Positions 13,491 through 26,533 of a DNA stretch of 64,000 nucleotides are shown here, piece by piece; the stretch's first letter is position 1; every line of letters begins with the position of its first letter. A model generated the notes under the pieces. It was not told where the DNA came from. It did no database searches and was given only the letters and a program-made list of their open reading frames with translations. The DNA lies in assembly GCA_965603825.1 (NCBI GenBank), contig CBFDEM010000020.1, forward strand, positions 877,960 to 941,959, in the 5' to 3' direction. A program made the position numbers and the translations under genes. Source of the stretch: Blepharisma stoltei ATCC 30299 (taxonomy: Eukaryota; Protista; Ciliophora).

Positions 13491-16425
13491 ATGCTTATTT
13501 GGCTGCTTTTAAGCTTTATTCCCTTATCCTTCCAATTTGAGTGTGGTGTCGGCCCAGATTGGAAACCAGACATAAAACAGTATCCACACCAAGGCCGCCG
13601 TTTAGAAACTGGCTTAGACCGTGGCACCACATTTGAGCCTATTCGCATTCATTTTGACTACAGCAACCTCACCTTAACTTCTACAGAATTAGATACTCTT
13701 AGAGACGAAATAATTCCATCAATCCAGCACTGGTTCCAAACCGTTTTAAAAGTAAACCCACTTCTTGGCAGTTTACAAGTCCCTCAAGAGGATTGCAATG
13801 AAATACCGATTCCGGAATCCCACAAAACTGAAGGAATTGCCAATACAGATTTTGCAGTTTATTTATCCAATATAAATGAAACTGAAAGCAGTATAATTGC
13901 TTATGCTGGGCCATGCTTGCAAGACTCAGGAGGAAGATATAATGTTTTGGCGGGGTCTTTTACTATAAATACAGCAATATTCAACACCTTGCCAAAACAC
14001 CAAGCAATTGCAGTTGCAATTCATGAATTGACCCATGCCTTAGTATTTTCTCCTGATCTTTATACCAAATTTGTGAAGGCAGACGGAAGCCATTATGAAG
14101 AAAATGAACTTTATCAAGAAGTTTTCTATGAAAATCGAGGAAAATCTGCTATTTTAATAACTCTGCCAACTGTAGCTGAAAAGGCTAAAGAAATTTATGG
14201 TTGCAGTAGTATCCCAGGGCTGGAGCTTGAAGACTATGGAAGTGGTTCTGCAGGCGCGCACTGGGAAATGAAAATTGTTGCCGAAGACTATATGGTTTCT
14301 GTGCTGCCTGATTTCCCTGCTTACTCAAACTTGACTTTAGCTCTATTCCAAGACTCTGGCTGGTATAAGGTCGATTTCAGCTATGCCCAGTCTATTATTA
14401 TAGGAAATAACGAAGGCTGTGAAAGATTTGAAGACAAATGCATAGCTAATGGCAAAGCCCAGCCTGGGTTTTGCACTGAGTCTAAAGAGATGTGTGACTA
14501 TACTAGAACTAATATAGGAATTTGCGGAATATACAATTATAGTAGCGAATTACCGACACAATACCAATATTTTGATGACCCTTATAAGGCTGGAATGCCA
14601 TATCCTGATGGTTGTCCTATAATTATTTCAGATGTTAAAAATTGTAGAGATCCAGATGCTAGCGCCGATAGTTCTTTTGGGGAAATTGTTGGGGAACAAA
14701 GTAGGTGCTTTGAAGCGTCTTTAGTTTTGGACACTCTAAATAAAGAATCTGAGATTTGGCCAACGTGCTATAAAGTAGTCAGCTGTGAGGAAGATAAAGT
14801 TGTGGTGGGCGTTGGGGATCAAACTGTAGATTGTCCATTTAGTGGAGGGGATGTGACAGTCCCTGGGTATGATGGAGTTCTCACATGCCCGGATTCGAGT
14901 ATTTGTAAAGGTATTGTTCCTTGTATAAATAGCTGTTATGGACAAGGAAAATGCCCTAAAGGAACTTGTATATGTGATCCTGGATTCGGAGGAAAAGACT
15001 GTAGCATAATTTGTGGATCAACATGCAAATCATGTGATGATAAATCTTCATGCGCTTCTTGCTACTCTACTGCTACACTTGCAGATGGAATTTGTTCATG
15101 TCCTGATGGTTCAACTTGGGATGATATTCAAAAAGTTTGTATGCCAGGCTCGATAACTGGATGCCCTAAAGAATGCAATGGTTGTGCTGATGATTTAAAT
15201 TGTGCAGCCTGCTATGATTCCATGACTTTAAATGATAAAAATTTATGTGAATGCCCAAGTGGGAAAGCATTTAGCACAGACTCCAACAGTTGCAAAACAA
15301 TCGAAGGATGTCCAGACTCCTGCAATGGATGTGACACACCTCAAACCTGCTTATCTTGCTATGATACAGCCACTTTACAAAATGGTGAGTGCTTCTGTCC
15401 AGAAGGGCATTACTTTATCTCAGACACCAATGTTTGCCAAGCTTATTTAACTGAAGGCTGCAGCGCAGGTTGCGAGTACTGCAAATCTTCCAGTGAGTGT
15501 GTAAGATGCAGTGATGAAAATGCTGTACTTTATAACGGAGAATGCAAATGCAAAATTGGGTATTTTCCTGATGAAGCATTAGGGTCAGCTCAATGTAACA
15601 GTAATTTCTAAATAGAATGCAATGATGGCTGCTATAGCTGTGAGTCATTGACTACTTGCAAATATTGTGATGATGTTCTTGGAGTTATCCAGGATGATGG
15701 CACATGCATATGCAAAGATGGCTATTGAAATGATAGCGATAACACGACTTTAAGCTGTTATGGTAACATCTATTTAGAATGCAGGACTGGCTGCAAAATT
15801 TGTGATGGCTATTTTGAATGTAATGAATGTATGGATTCAATGATGACTCTAAATGATGGCGTCTGCGAATGCCCTAATGGAATGTTTATAAATGACACAG
15901 ATAGTACCAATATTAAATGTTCACGTAATATATAATTTAGCTTGCAATGAAAGATGCGAAAGTTGCTATGATGAGTATTATTGCAAAGATTGTAAAGAAG
16001 GCTACGTTTTGCAAAACGGCCAATGTATTTGCGGAGTTGGATATTATGATTATTATGACGGAAATACAGCAATTTGCAAATGTAAAAAATATTTAGCTTG
16101 TACTGATCCTTGCGATGAAACCTGTGGGGCAAATGCACCATGTACTAAATGTGCAAGTACATCAGTTATTACTGATGATAAGTGTGAAGATATAAGCATT
16201 GGGTTCAAGTCAAGCTTCAAGAATGGGGTTATCACTCTTTTGTTCTCAAATCTTAACTATTATTTGACTAAGCAGAACTTCATCGTGAAATCCAACAATG
16301 GCACTTTATATGACACTGAATACTGGTGGGTTGAGCGTTATAGCGATAATATTTACAAAATTCATACAGATTTAACAAGCAGTGATTTACCATTAACAGT
16401 GACCCTTGATTTTAACAGGTATTAA
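13491..16425 (+). CDS. Leishmanolysin-like M8 metalloprotease 3 (5 exons, ~957 aa), close paralogue of no. 2
   Basis: ATG at 13491, HELTH, AHWEMK, DSGWY; one TGA=W near 15726; four introns. Confidence 0.92.
15601..15615 (+). other. 15-nt intron (GTAATTTCTAAATAG) containing an in-frame TAA
   Basis: Must be spliced for the Cys-rich reading frame to continue. Confidence 0.9.
15763..15777 (+). other. 15-nt intron (GTAACATCTATTTAG)
   Basis: Matches the consensus; position conserved with paralogue 2. Confidence 0.75.
15925..15940 (+). other. 16-nt intron (GTAATATATAATTTAG)
   Basis: Required frame shift into ORF 15892-16425. Confidence 0.88.
16082..16096 (+). other. 15-nt intron (GTAAAAAATATTTAG)
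   Basis: Matches the consensus; identical to 12169-12183. Confidence 0.75.
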
Positions 16426-17077
16426 CCTTATTCTTAAGATTTTAGTTAAAACATTATAAATTGAAATTTAATTAAATATAAGTATATGCAATATATGAAT
16501 GATCATTTTTATTGCATTTTATGATAAATAAAAGCTAATAACCAATATTTTAGATTTAATTTTTCTAAAATATTCGAAATGGATTCTGTTATAATATATA
16601 CTTATAGAATATGACCAATTTGCTGCTGGTTTATTTATTGTCTTTGAGTAATCAACTCTCTATTATTATTTATATTAGACTATAGTTGCATAAATATAAA
16701 GTAAACATAGAAAAAGATTTAAATAGCAAGCATTTATTTAGATAGCAAATTATCTTGAAGATTTGATAGTAATAAGAAATAAAAATAATATGCTTTACAG
16801 CAATTTTCTATTATTTAGATGCATAAAGCATTAAAAAAATTATTATAAATTATAATTACTTTAAATTTCTAAATAGTTAAAATACTGCATAAATATATAT
16901 ATTAAAATTTAAAATTTTTATCTAAAATCCCGGAATAGTCTGTCTACTTTTTATTAAAAATGAAATATGATTAAAATACTTTATTAATCTATTTCCACTT
17001 TTATATAGTGTTAATATAACTACCCTATATATTCTATATTTTCTTTTAATTTAAATATCCATAAACAGTTGCTAAAC

Positions 17078-20000
17078 ATGCTTATTTGACTGATCAGTTT
17101 TATTGGGATTTCTAGTTCTTTTCTATGTGGGGTGAATCAAAGCTGAAAACCAAATATTCAGGGAAACACTTACCCTGGTCGGAGCCTTGCATCATCTATT
17201 ACCCGAGGTTCTTCTCTCAGCCCGATTCGTATTTATTACGAGTATTTGGATTTAGGGATGAACTCTACTCAAGAAGACCAGTTTAAAAACGAGGTAATGT
17301 CAGCTGCTGACAATTTCTTTACAAATGCTTTATCTGTTTACCCTGTTTCAGAAACACTACTTATCACAATTTCAGATTGCAATGGAGCTCAGGTTCCGTC
17401 AGACCATAAGAAAATTGGGGTCGATGCTGATTATGTTCTTTATATATATGGAAATAGAAGCTCTGAAAGTTTTATAGCAAGAGCTGGGGCATGCGCGCGA
17501 GAGACGGGAGGGAAAAATAACCCTGTTGCAGGATCTTTTGAAATAAATTTAGATCTTTTTTGGAATTACGAAGTGTATGATCAAATTATATTAGCAATCC
17601 ATGAAATGACTCACGCATTAGTTTTTAGTGACAGCTTATATACACATTATGTAAAATCAGATGGAACTCAATATGCTTCTGATGAAGTCACAACAAGCAT
17701 TAAGTATGAAAACCGAGGAAAGAATGTTACAGCAATTGTCTTACCCACTGTTTTAGCTAAAGCAAAATCAATATTTAACTGTGACAGCTTAAAAGGAGTA
17801 GAACTTGAGGATTATGGAGACTCTGGGTCAGCTGGGTCTCATTGAGATATGAGAATTTTGCCCGGAGATTACATGTCTCCGACACTTTCATTTGAATCAG
17901 TCCTCAGCGATATCACATTAGCTCTTTTCCAAGATTCAGGATGGTATACAGTTAATTTTGACTATGCCCAGAAAACTATCTGGGGAAATGGCGAAGGCTG
18001 TGACTGATTTGAAGAAAAATGTATAGAAGACGGCTCAGCCAAATTCCCTGGGTTCTGCACAGTAAATGATCAAAAAGGCTGTGATGTTTTTCATCTCTCC
18101 TCAGCACTATGTGCGCAGAGTGATAAATATCCAGATATTCATAAATATGAGCAATATTTCAGTGACCCTAAAATAGGCGGAATAAACCCATTTGCTGACT
18201 ATTGTCCTTATATGTATGCATACTCAAATAAACATTGTAGAGAAACTACAGCAATGTCCCAGCCTCTTTATTATGGAGAAAAAGTAGGATTTAGCAGTAG
18301 GTGTATAGAATCAACATTATTAAATAAAACCAATGTCTATCATGGAGCAATGCAAGGCATTTGCTATGAAGTGTTAAGCTGTACGTCTACATATGCTGTT
18401 ATTCAGGTAGGCAGCGAGACTACAAAATGTCCTTTTTCTGGTGGAAATGTAACTGTAGATGGATATAATGGAGTTTTAATTTGCCCAGACTCGAACATTT
18501 TGTGTAGAGAAGCACCATGTTTGCATGCATGCAGAGGGCAAGGGAAATGTGTAGATGGCGTTTGTAATTGTAATAGTGGGTTTGGAGGAGATGATTGTGA
18601 GGTAATCTGCAATGCTAGGTGCTTGACATGCACTTCTGATGGAGCAAGCTGTGCTTCGTGCTATTCGAATGCGACTTTAAGCAAAGGGGATTGCGTATGT
18701 GATGATGGATATGTTTTGGATACTAGCTCAAAATCTTGTGTAAAAGGAGCCATCTGTTTAAGTGGATGCAAAACTTGTTTCACTTCAAGCGACTATAATT
18801 GTGAAACTTGCAAATCTGGAACTTATCTACTTTATAATTACTGTTCTGAAAAATGTCCTTATGGTTTTAAAGCAAGTAAAAATTCTTGTGTCCCAGAAAG
18901 CTCAGAAGTTTTTGATGCTATTTTTGATCTTTGGAAAAATTCTTACCCAAGTGATAATTCTGATTTAACTTTATATTTTGGGTCATCTTCTGCATTCATG
19001 CCAAATCCTGATGCAAATGATCCAATTTTAATGTATAACCAAGGATTATTTTACACAGGAAAATCTTACGCACTGTTTTCACCAAATCCTGATAGCTCAA
19101 AACATATTATTTTATCTCCATCACATTCAGCTTCATTTTGGATACGGCCAAATAATTTATCTGACCAAACAATCCTTCATAAATTCTCTGGAAATTCTAC
19201 TATAGAACTAAAAATTGTAAATAAAATATTGACACTAGATATTTTATTAACAAATATTGAAGACTCTTCTTCTAATTCCAAAACAGAAACTTACACAGTT
19301 ACCAATGGAAATGTTACATCAGAAGCATGGCAAATGATAGCATATTTTATTAAGTATGACACCACGACCTTTTCAACAGCAGTCTCTTTGCAAGTAAATT
19401 CTGATATACAAACAAATACAATTGCAAATGCAATATTTTTGGATTCAGGATCTGAAACTGATGACAAGTTTGTACTTGGAGCAAAATATTCAGCCAAAAA
19501 TTATCAAAATTATTATGCAGGCTTTATAGCATCAGCAAAAATCTATAACACAGAAAAAGCTCCCAGCTATTCATCAAGCTTATCTTTATCATCAAGTGTT
19601 ACTTTGACAAACTGCAATTGAAATCAATGCTATGAAAATGATACCTGCCATGATTGTTTATCCACATGCACTTATGGATGCTTAAGAACCACTGACTGTG
19701 TCTTAAGTCTTGATGCAAATTGTGCAGATCCTACTGGATTTGACACATGCGATGAAGGAAGCTCTTGTGATATGGGCTCATACCCAATTATCACTATGTG
19801 CATTATTGTATTTTTGTGGACTATTATGTGCTTTATTTTCCTATTACTTGATCGAAAAGCCCCAGATGATCCTGACGAGTTATTCAAATCAAACTGCGTA
19901 AGATTCTTCAGATACCATTTATTTATAAGCCAATTTCTAAGGCAGCCTTCTGTAAAGCGGTCACAGATGACTTTAGAGCTAATGACTGTTTTATTAGTAG

Positions 20001-20464
20001 AATTAGCCGTTATTGGAGCAATGCATTACCAATTTGATAACGCGACTTCTTCAGGCAAAGATGGAAATTTTGAAGAATTAGCCAAAAGTTATGATGGAGA
20101 AGACATATTAAAAGCTGTTATTGGAATAATTTGTGGAGAAGTAGTAGCTTTTCTTCTTGGAATTTTAAATACTTTTCCTATATGTATTTCGATTCCAAGG
20201 ATAGTGTCGACTATCATAAGCATAGGGCTAAGCATACTTTCTGTCGTTGTGGTTATTTATTTAGATGTTGATTTTTGTGCAGAGTATTCTGCTAAATGGA
20301 TAGTTAATTTTGTTATTGTGGCATTTTTTGAACTATTTGTGTGTGAATTGCTAATTGCTATACTATTTTTCACGTGTTTTAAGATTAAAACTGCAAGCGA
20401 GGCCCCACCCTCGGCAAGAGAGTCGAATATGAAGGGGTATGGAGAGCCTTCCAAACAGGTTTAG
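17078..20464 (+). CDS. Leishmanolysin-like M8 protease 4 fused to Cys-rich repeats, a LamG/ConA-like domain and a ~5-TM polycystin-1-like C-terminus (1128 aa)
   Basis: Single frame with 5 TGA=W (MLI-W, QS-W-KP, GSH-W-DM, CD-W-FE, CN-W-NQ); HEMTH motif; SASFWIRP...WQMIAY...FVLG...YAGFIASAKIYN (LamG-like); five hydrophobic helices in 19772-20390. Confidence 0.88.
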
Positions 20465-20527
20465 ATTTATTAATTTATTATTTTACATTTAATTGGACTT
20501 ATTATGTAAATAATTTATAAAATAGAA

Positions 20528-22015
20528 TTATATGTCTCCCAAAGACAAATAAATGATAATGAGCACCAAAATTGCAGATACAGCAGCAACACTAAATACC
20601 AACGTTCCCCAAGCAGTTTTTACATCATTAAATTTCGTATCATAGCCTCCTTGATTTGGTACCAATTTTCTCGTTGCAATCGCTGAAAGCGGGATAAAAA
20701 TTCCAGACACCAAAATCGATATAATCCCTTTGAATGCTGAAATATAGCTTAAATCATAAAAAATCCCTGCAATTACAACAGGTGGAAGGGAACAAATTAG
20801 CCTATAAAATGTCAATTGTCGACATGTAAGCTCTCTTTCCCCAAAGTGGCTGTGAAAAACGCTTGTAAGATTATCACACAAATTTATTGCGCAAATTGGA
20901 AAAATTGACATAGCATCAATAGCTGGGCATATAACGATAAATCCAGCTATAATATAAGCCCACGTAGGCCTTTCTGATGGGTTATCTCCAGCGGAATAGT
21001 CATACCAATTTAGGTTGATCATTTTCTCTACATTTTCAACAGCAAAAGGTACAATTAATCCAATACACAAAAATAATAATGACACTATAGACAGCGACAA
21101 AAAGCATATCTTAGGAGCTGTTTCTCGTTTATCCTTAACATACTGTATACACGTCGGAATAGCGCTATGAAAATACGTCGACATAAGAACTATCGGAAAG
21201 CAAAGCCCAATATAATAAAAGTCCATAGTATCAGGATCAGCTTCATTGGCGCCTGTGTCATCTAATTTTGTGTCAGAAAAAATTGCATACCATGACGTTA
21301 CTAATATAGTAATATAAGCTATTAATCTTATAGAACACATGGCGATCTGTAGCACTGCTTGCTTAACTAGACCTAAAACTGTCAAAGATGTAGTCACCGC
21401 AGCAAAAAATGCTAAAAAAATCCAATACTTTGCCCTGCAGTCGCCATCGAAATCTGAGTCATCATAAATATTGCAGGTATCATGATAAATCGGCAAATAT
21501 TTTATTGCGGAAGAGGCAAATACTGTGGCGAGGCCGATAAGTGTCCCATAAAAGCCGAGAAATATGATAACTGTAAAAAGGACGCCAATTCTGTATCCAA
21601 ATAAAGTTATTACGATTTCACAAAAATCATAGCGTTTATTGTCTATATAAGGTAATAGGTCTTCAGGCTCTATAAGATATTGCTCTTCTGCATTTTCTTG
21701 AGGAGGAATTAAAAAGTCTTTAGGGTTTACTTTTTTAGTTAATTGGTTTGGCTTTAATGGTTTAATTATATATCCACGGTCTTTTAGCTCATAGAGAACA
21801 CTCATGCGACTTAATGTTTGTAATACTTGAAAAACGAGTAAAGAGGAATAAATATAAACGATAAAAGCTGATAAAATACCTATTGATCAGCCTGCTTTTG
21901 AATAGGCTCATGGGAGACTTAAGACCCCTATTCCTACTTGGGTATTTAAGATATAGAAAAAGCCTACAATTCATTTTTGATCACATTCACCTTCAAGATC
22001 GTGTCCTTTACCCAT
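20528..22015 (-). CDS. Amino-acid transporter, SLC38/TMEM104-like (495 aa)
   Basis: Extended upstream through 3 TGA=W to ATG at 22015: ILNTQVGIGVLSLP-W-AYSKAG-W; about 11 TM helices; FHSAIP motif. Confidence 0.88.
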
Positions 22016-22318
22016 TTATAAGCAATTTCATTATTGGAAAACGGATTTTTTCAAAAATATGTAACACGCTTATATTAATTTTTAACAAAAAGCATATCAT
22101 TACATTATAATAATATCTAATAAGCATCATGAACAGTTTATTTTTAATACATCAGAAAATGAATTCGAAAAATAGCAAAAAATCTGGTCTAACAGAAAGT
22201 TTTGAAGAGATTGCGCGATTTGCTTATTTATTCTGAAATTTCTGATAAAAATAGACTCAATATTCACTGAAAATAGTGTTTGTTGGCTTAATGATAATGG
22301 GGAGAACTTAATAAAATT

Positions 22319-22966
22319 ATGAACTTGGGCTTGCCCAAACTAAGCTTCGGCTTATGTTTATTACTTGTTTGTGTGTTGTCGAAAGAAGAACCAGAACCTA
22401 TCAATGAATCAGAATTTCACGATGAAATTGCAATGTCTCAGACTCGGACAAAATGAACCGCATGCATGTCACTGGCTGCAGCCAAACTCGATCAGGATGC
22501 CCGTGAGATAGACACTATCGCTTCAGACAATAAAGTGAATAGAACTCTTTTGGAAAAAAAGATTGTGGCTGATATCATTGGGAAATGCTATGACGTATTA
22601 ACTTGAAAGCAAGCAGAAAATATTTTGTTCTTAGAAGAAATTGATTTAAACAGAAATGACATTAAGGCTTTGGTTACATTGGAGAAAAACTCGTATAAAG
22701 GTGATTTATCACTTTCAATGTCTCAAAAAGAGCTCATTGGCATGATCGCAAAAGTAATTTTTATTTAGGATATGCACACCACTGATGACGGATTTGATTT
22801 TGAACCCACTTATGTGCCTGGGTATGAAGAAACGGCTAAATCCAGTAAGTCATTATCAACATATGGTGGAATCATCTTTTCTTTCGTAATAATTTGGGTG
22901 GCGGTTCAAGCCATCAGTTTCTTTACGAGCAAAAAGGCTGACTCCGATAAGCCAAAGACGACTTAA
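22319..22966 (+). CDS. Type I membrane protein of unknown function (2 exons, 210 aa)
   Basis: Signal peptide MNLGLPKLSFGLCLLLVCVLS; 2 TGA=W; 15-nt intron at 22754-22768; C-terminal TM (GGIIFSFVIIWVAVQAISFF). Confidence 0.8.
22754..22768 (+). other. 15-nt intron (GTAATTTTTATTTAG)
   Basis: Its terminal TAG is an in-frame stop if unspliced. Confidence 0.85.
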
Positions 22967-22978
22967 CTTAAACGTCAT

Positions 22979-24727
22979 TTAGAAAAATAAATATAACAGA
23001 GTTATAACAATTAATTTCTCGGAATTTACAGAAAATGATACCTTTGGAGACTCTACACAGATTTTTTTATAGTAGCTAAACTCAGTCCCAGGTCTGCACG
23101 AGCAAGCGCCATCAATTAAGTCAGCACCTTCTCAGCAAGAACTGCAATTAAATTTTCCAGGCCCTTTACATGATTTACAAGTTAATTCGCAACCAGGGGT
23201 GCAATCATCTCCTTCAAATCCTTGATTACAATGGCATTTCCCATTTATGCATTTACCTTGGCCACTACAAGCATGAAAGCAAGGCTTTTCACTACAGAGA
23301 ACGTCACTATTAGGACAGATTAAGACCCCATTATAGCCTTTTATCGTAATATTACCCCCATCAAATGGGCAATTAACTTCTTGATCCCCTACTCTGAGCG
23401 TAGCATACGTATAAGTACAATTAATGACTTCATAGCAGTTTCCTTTAATTTCAGGGCTGAACTTGTATTTTTTATTCAGCAGGGTCGACTCAACACATCT
23501 GCTATTTACCCCTACACTTTCCCCATAATATTTTGGATACGAAAGTGACGATAATTCTCTGCATTTTCGATTGCTAAAAGGGTACATGTAAGGACAAAAA
23601 TCTGCATAAGAAACTGAGCCACCTAAATCAGGGTCATTAAAATACTGTTCATTTGTAGGAATATTATTAACAAGTTTTGAAGCGCAAAAAGATTCTGAAA
23701 GATGATAAACGTCACAGCCAGTCCTGTTACTTGGCTTGCAAAACCCTGAAAATTTAGGATTTTCATCACGAAAGCATTTATCTTCAAGCCATTCACATCC
23801 TGCTTTGTGTCCTCATAAGATCTGCTGGGAATAGTCAAAATTGACATCATATCAGCCAGAGTCTTGAAATAGGGCTAAAGTTATAGCAGAAAAGACTGAT
23901 TCAAAGGAAAGCTGAGGAGACATGTAATCTCCAGGCAAAATTCTCATATCTCAATGAGAGCCAGCTGACCCTGAACCTCCATAGTCTTCTAGCTCAATCC
24001 CTTCAAGGTTTTCACAGCCAAAAATTTCTCTAGCTTTGGAAACGACTGTAGGTAAAGTCAATACTGTCACTCATTTTTCTCTATTGGGAAAATAAATTTC
24101 TTTAGTTATTTCGTCATCAGAATAAGGCAACCCATTTGGCTTTTTAAAAAGGTCAAATAATTCTGGGGCGAAAGCAAGAGCATGAGTGATTTCATGGATA
24201 GAAACCATAATTTGGTCTTGCAGAGGAAGCTTTAAAAATGAATTTAAATTTACTTCAAAAGATCCTGCTAATACATTATTTGGACTATTTGCTTGATGTG
24301 CACAAGCGCCACCTCTAGCTATATACTCAGTTCCAGAATTATTTGTTGCATGAATATAGAGTATAAAATCTACTGGTAAGCCTTCATTTTTATGGTCCTG
24401 AGGAATCTGAATGCCATTGCATTTATTTATTTTTAATGATAAATTGTCAATAAGTGGATATACTGATAAAAGGTTGGAAAATCAATTGAAGCAAGCTGTC
24501 ATTACTTGGTATTTAAAAATATTTTCTTCAGTTTGGTTCATATATAATTCTGAATATTCAAAATGCAAGCGAATAGAAGAAAGTGTTGTGCCCCGAAGCG
24601 ATTTATCTTGAAGTTCTCGGCCTATATGAACATTTGGCTCAAGGGTAGGAGATCAGTCAGAACCAACACCACATTTTACCGTGTATGCTAAAGTTAATAG
24701 CAAATTATAGGCCAGAAATTTGACCAT
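22979..24727 (-). CDS. Leishmanolysin-like M8 protease 5, short form with probable GPI signal (582 aa)
   Basis: Mostly invisible in the ORF track because of 7 TGA=[43 protein letters not shown]; hydrophobic tail [15 protein letters not shown]. Confidence 0.9.
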
Positions 24728-24983
24728 TTTTATCAAATATATTTAGTACAGATATAAAATAATGGCTTGAGTTTGAAGCTGCTAAATTTTCAAAAAATAT
24801 TAATTTTGCCTTAAATTTGTAGGCATTTTGTATTTTTCATTATTACAGTATTATTGCAAATGAGACGTGCATGTGTTATTGAACTCATCTAAAAATAATA
24901 GCTTGTGCTGTCAATTATAAAAGTAAACATAAAAATTTTGGTCAAATCTAATTTGACTATATATAAATTCTAGTAATTAAAAT

Positions 24984-26495
24984 ATGAAAAGACCATCATC
25001 TTTATCACTAGACCCAGGCGTCTCTTCAAAGCCAAAATTTGAAAGCCTTGAGTTTATTGACGGAGATGATCCTTTTCAGACACATTATTCTCACCGCTCT
25101 TCTACTTCATCAAAATCTACCTGCCTTCTATCTTCCCGAGAGCTAGCTTTATCAAATGTTAGCACCCCCCTTATCAAGCCACAAATTCACAAAAAATTAT
25201 TACACACAGACTCCTCGTCCTCATATCTCGACCTTTTAGGCAATTATCTTGATGTCTTCTTTACCCTTTCTTCCTCTTACTTTGAAGAATATCAAAATGC
25301 TTATATCCTTCACATATTGAATCACTTATACAAAACAAAAACACAAATCACCAAAAATGATCAGCTCCCTGATCCAGTTAAAGACCAAGGATTTTCTCCC
25401 ACAAAAATATTAGTGTTGTTTCCTTATAAAAAAAATGCAAAAGTTTTTATTGAAAAATTGGTGGAAATTCATTGCAAAGGCAAGAAGAAAAAAATGACAA
25501 AATCATCAAGAAGGAAATTTACTGAGGTTTTTGAAGAAGCTGAAGACGCAGAGGTTTCTGATGCGTTTAAGTTAGGGGTGGTGCTAGGAGATAAAAGAGA
25601 ATTGCAGCTATTTACACCTTTTAAGGCTTCTGATATGATTATTGCTAGTCCTATGTCGCTTAGGCAAGCAATATTAAACGAAAGTGAAGACGAAAACGCA
25701 AAAGAAAACTTAGGAATTTTATGCTCAATTGAAATGGTAGTCATGGAAAATTCTGAAGTATTCCTAATGCAAAATTGGGACCACATAGAAACTATTTTTA
25801 AAGCCATGAATCGAATCCCTGACAGAGATTCTATGACAGCTGACATAAACCGCATAAGGGATCCTTTTATTGAAGAAAAAAGCAAAGAATACCGCCAATT
25901 GATAATTTTCTCAGAATTTATATCCCCTTTGCTTTTATCTCTATTTAACAGGAATGAAAATTATAAAGGAAAGGCAAAAACAATTGACCATTATCCAGGA
26001 GTAAACCAATATGACGTCGTCCAAAAATACAGAAAATTCAGGGCAAGCTCACAGCTTTCAGCAGCCGACGAAAGATTCGAATATTTCACACAAAATTTGT
26101 GGCCGAACATAAAAGAAGATCTATACCCAAAATCAATTTTATTTGTAGCAAGCTATTTTGAGTATATAAGGGTTAAAGCTTATCTTGAAGAAAATGACCC
26201 AGGAGTGCTGTGCATAAGTGAATACACACAAAAATCAGACAAACAAAGGTCAATTGCAAACTGAAAAAATGGGAAAAATAAAGCCATTTGTGTGACTGAA
26301 AGATTTTTATATTTCAGACCACAGAAATTTGATGATATAGGTCATTTGGTGTTTTATTCATTACCAGAGTTTAATAATTTTTATGAAGAATTTGCAAGGG
26401 AAAGCAAAGAAGTGATATCAGTTTATTGCAAATTTGATGGGTACTCGCTACAGAGAATCGTTGGAGACAAAAAGGCAGGGCAACTATTAAAATAA
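24984..26495 (+). CDS. UTP25: U3 snoRNA-associated protein 25 (UTP25/DIEXF), ~503 aa
   Basis: KDQGFSPTKILVLFP, SDMIIASPMSLR, FLMQNWDHI, SYFEYIRVK, CISEY, TERFLYFR, FYSLP, LQRIVG; TGA=W at 26262. Confidence 0.92.
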
Positions 26496-26533
26496 TGCAG
26501 ATTTTTCAATTTTAAATGATTTTTAAATAGATT

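Noticed and set aside
26485-26530. Euplotes-like +1 frameshift at AAA-TAA at the end of UTP25
   Set aside because: A shifted frame would add only ~11 aa. All conserved UTP25 motifs lie upstream, and no other example occurs in the window. A simple stop or a 1-nt error is more likely.
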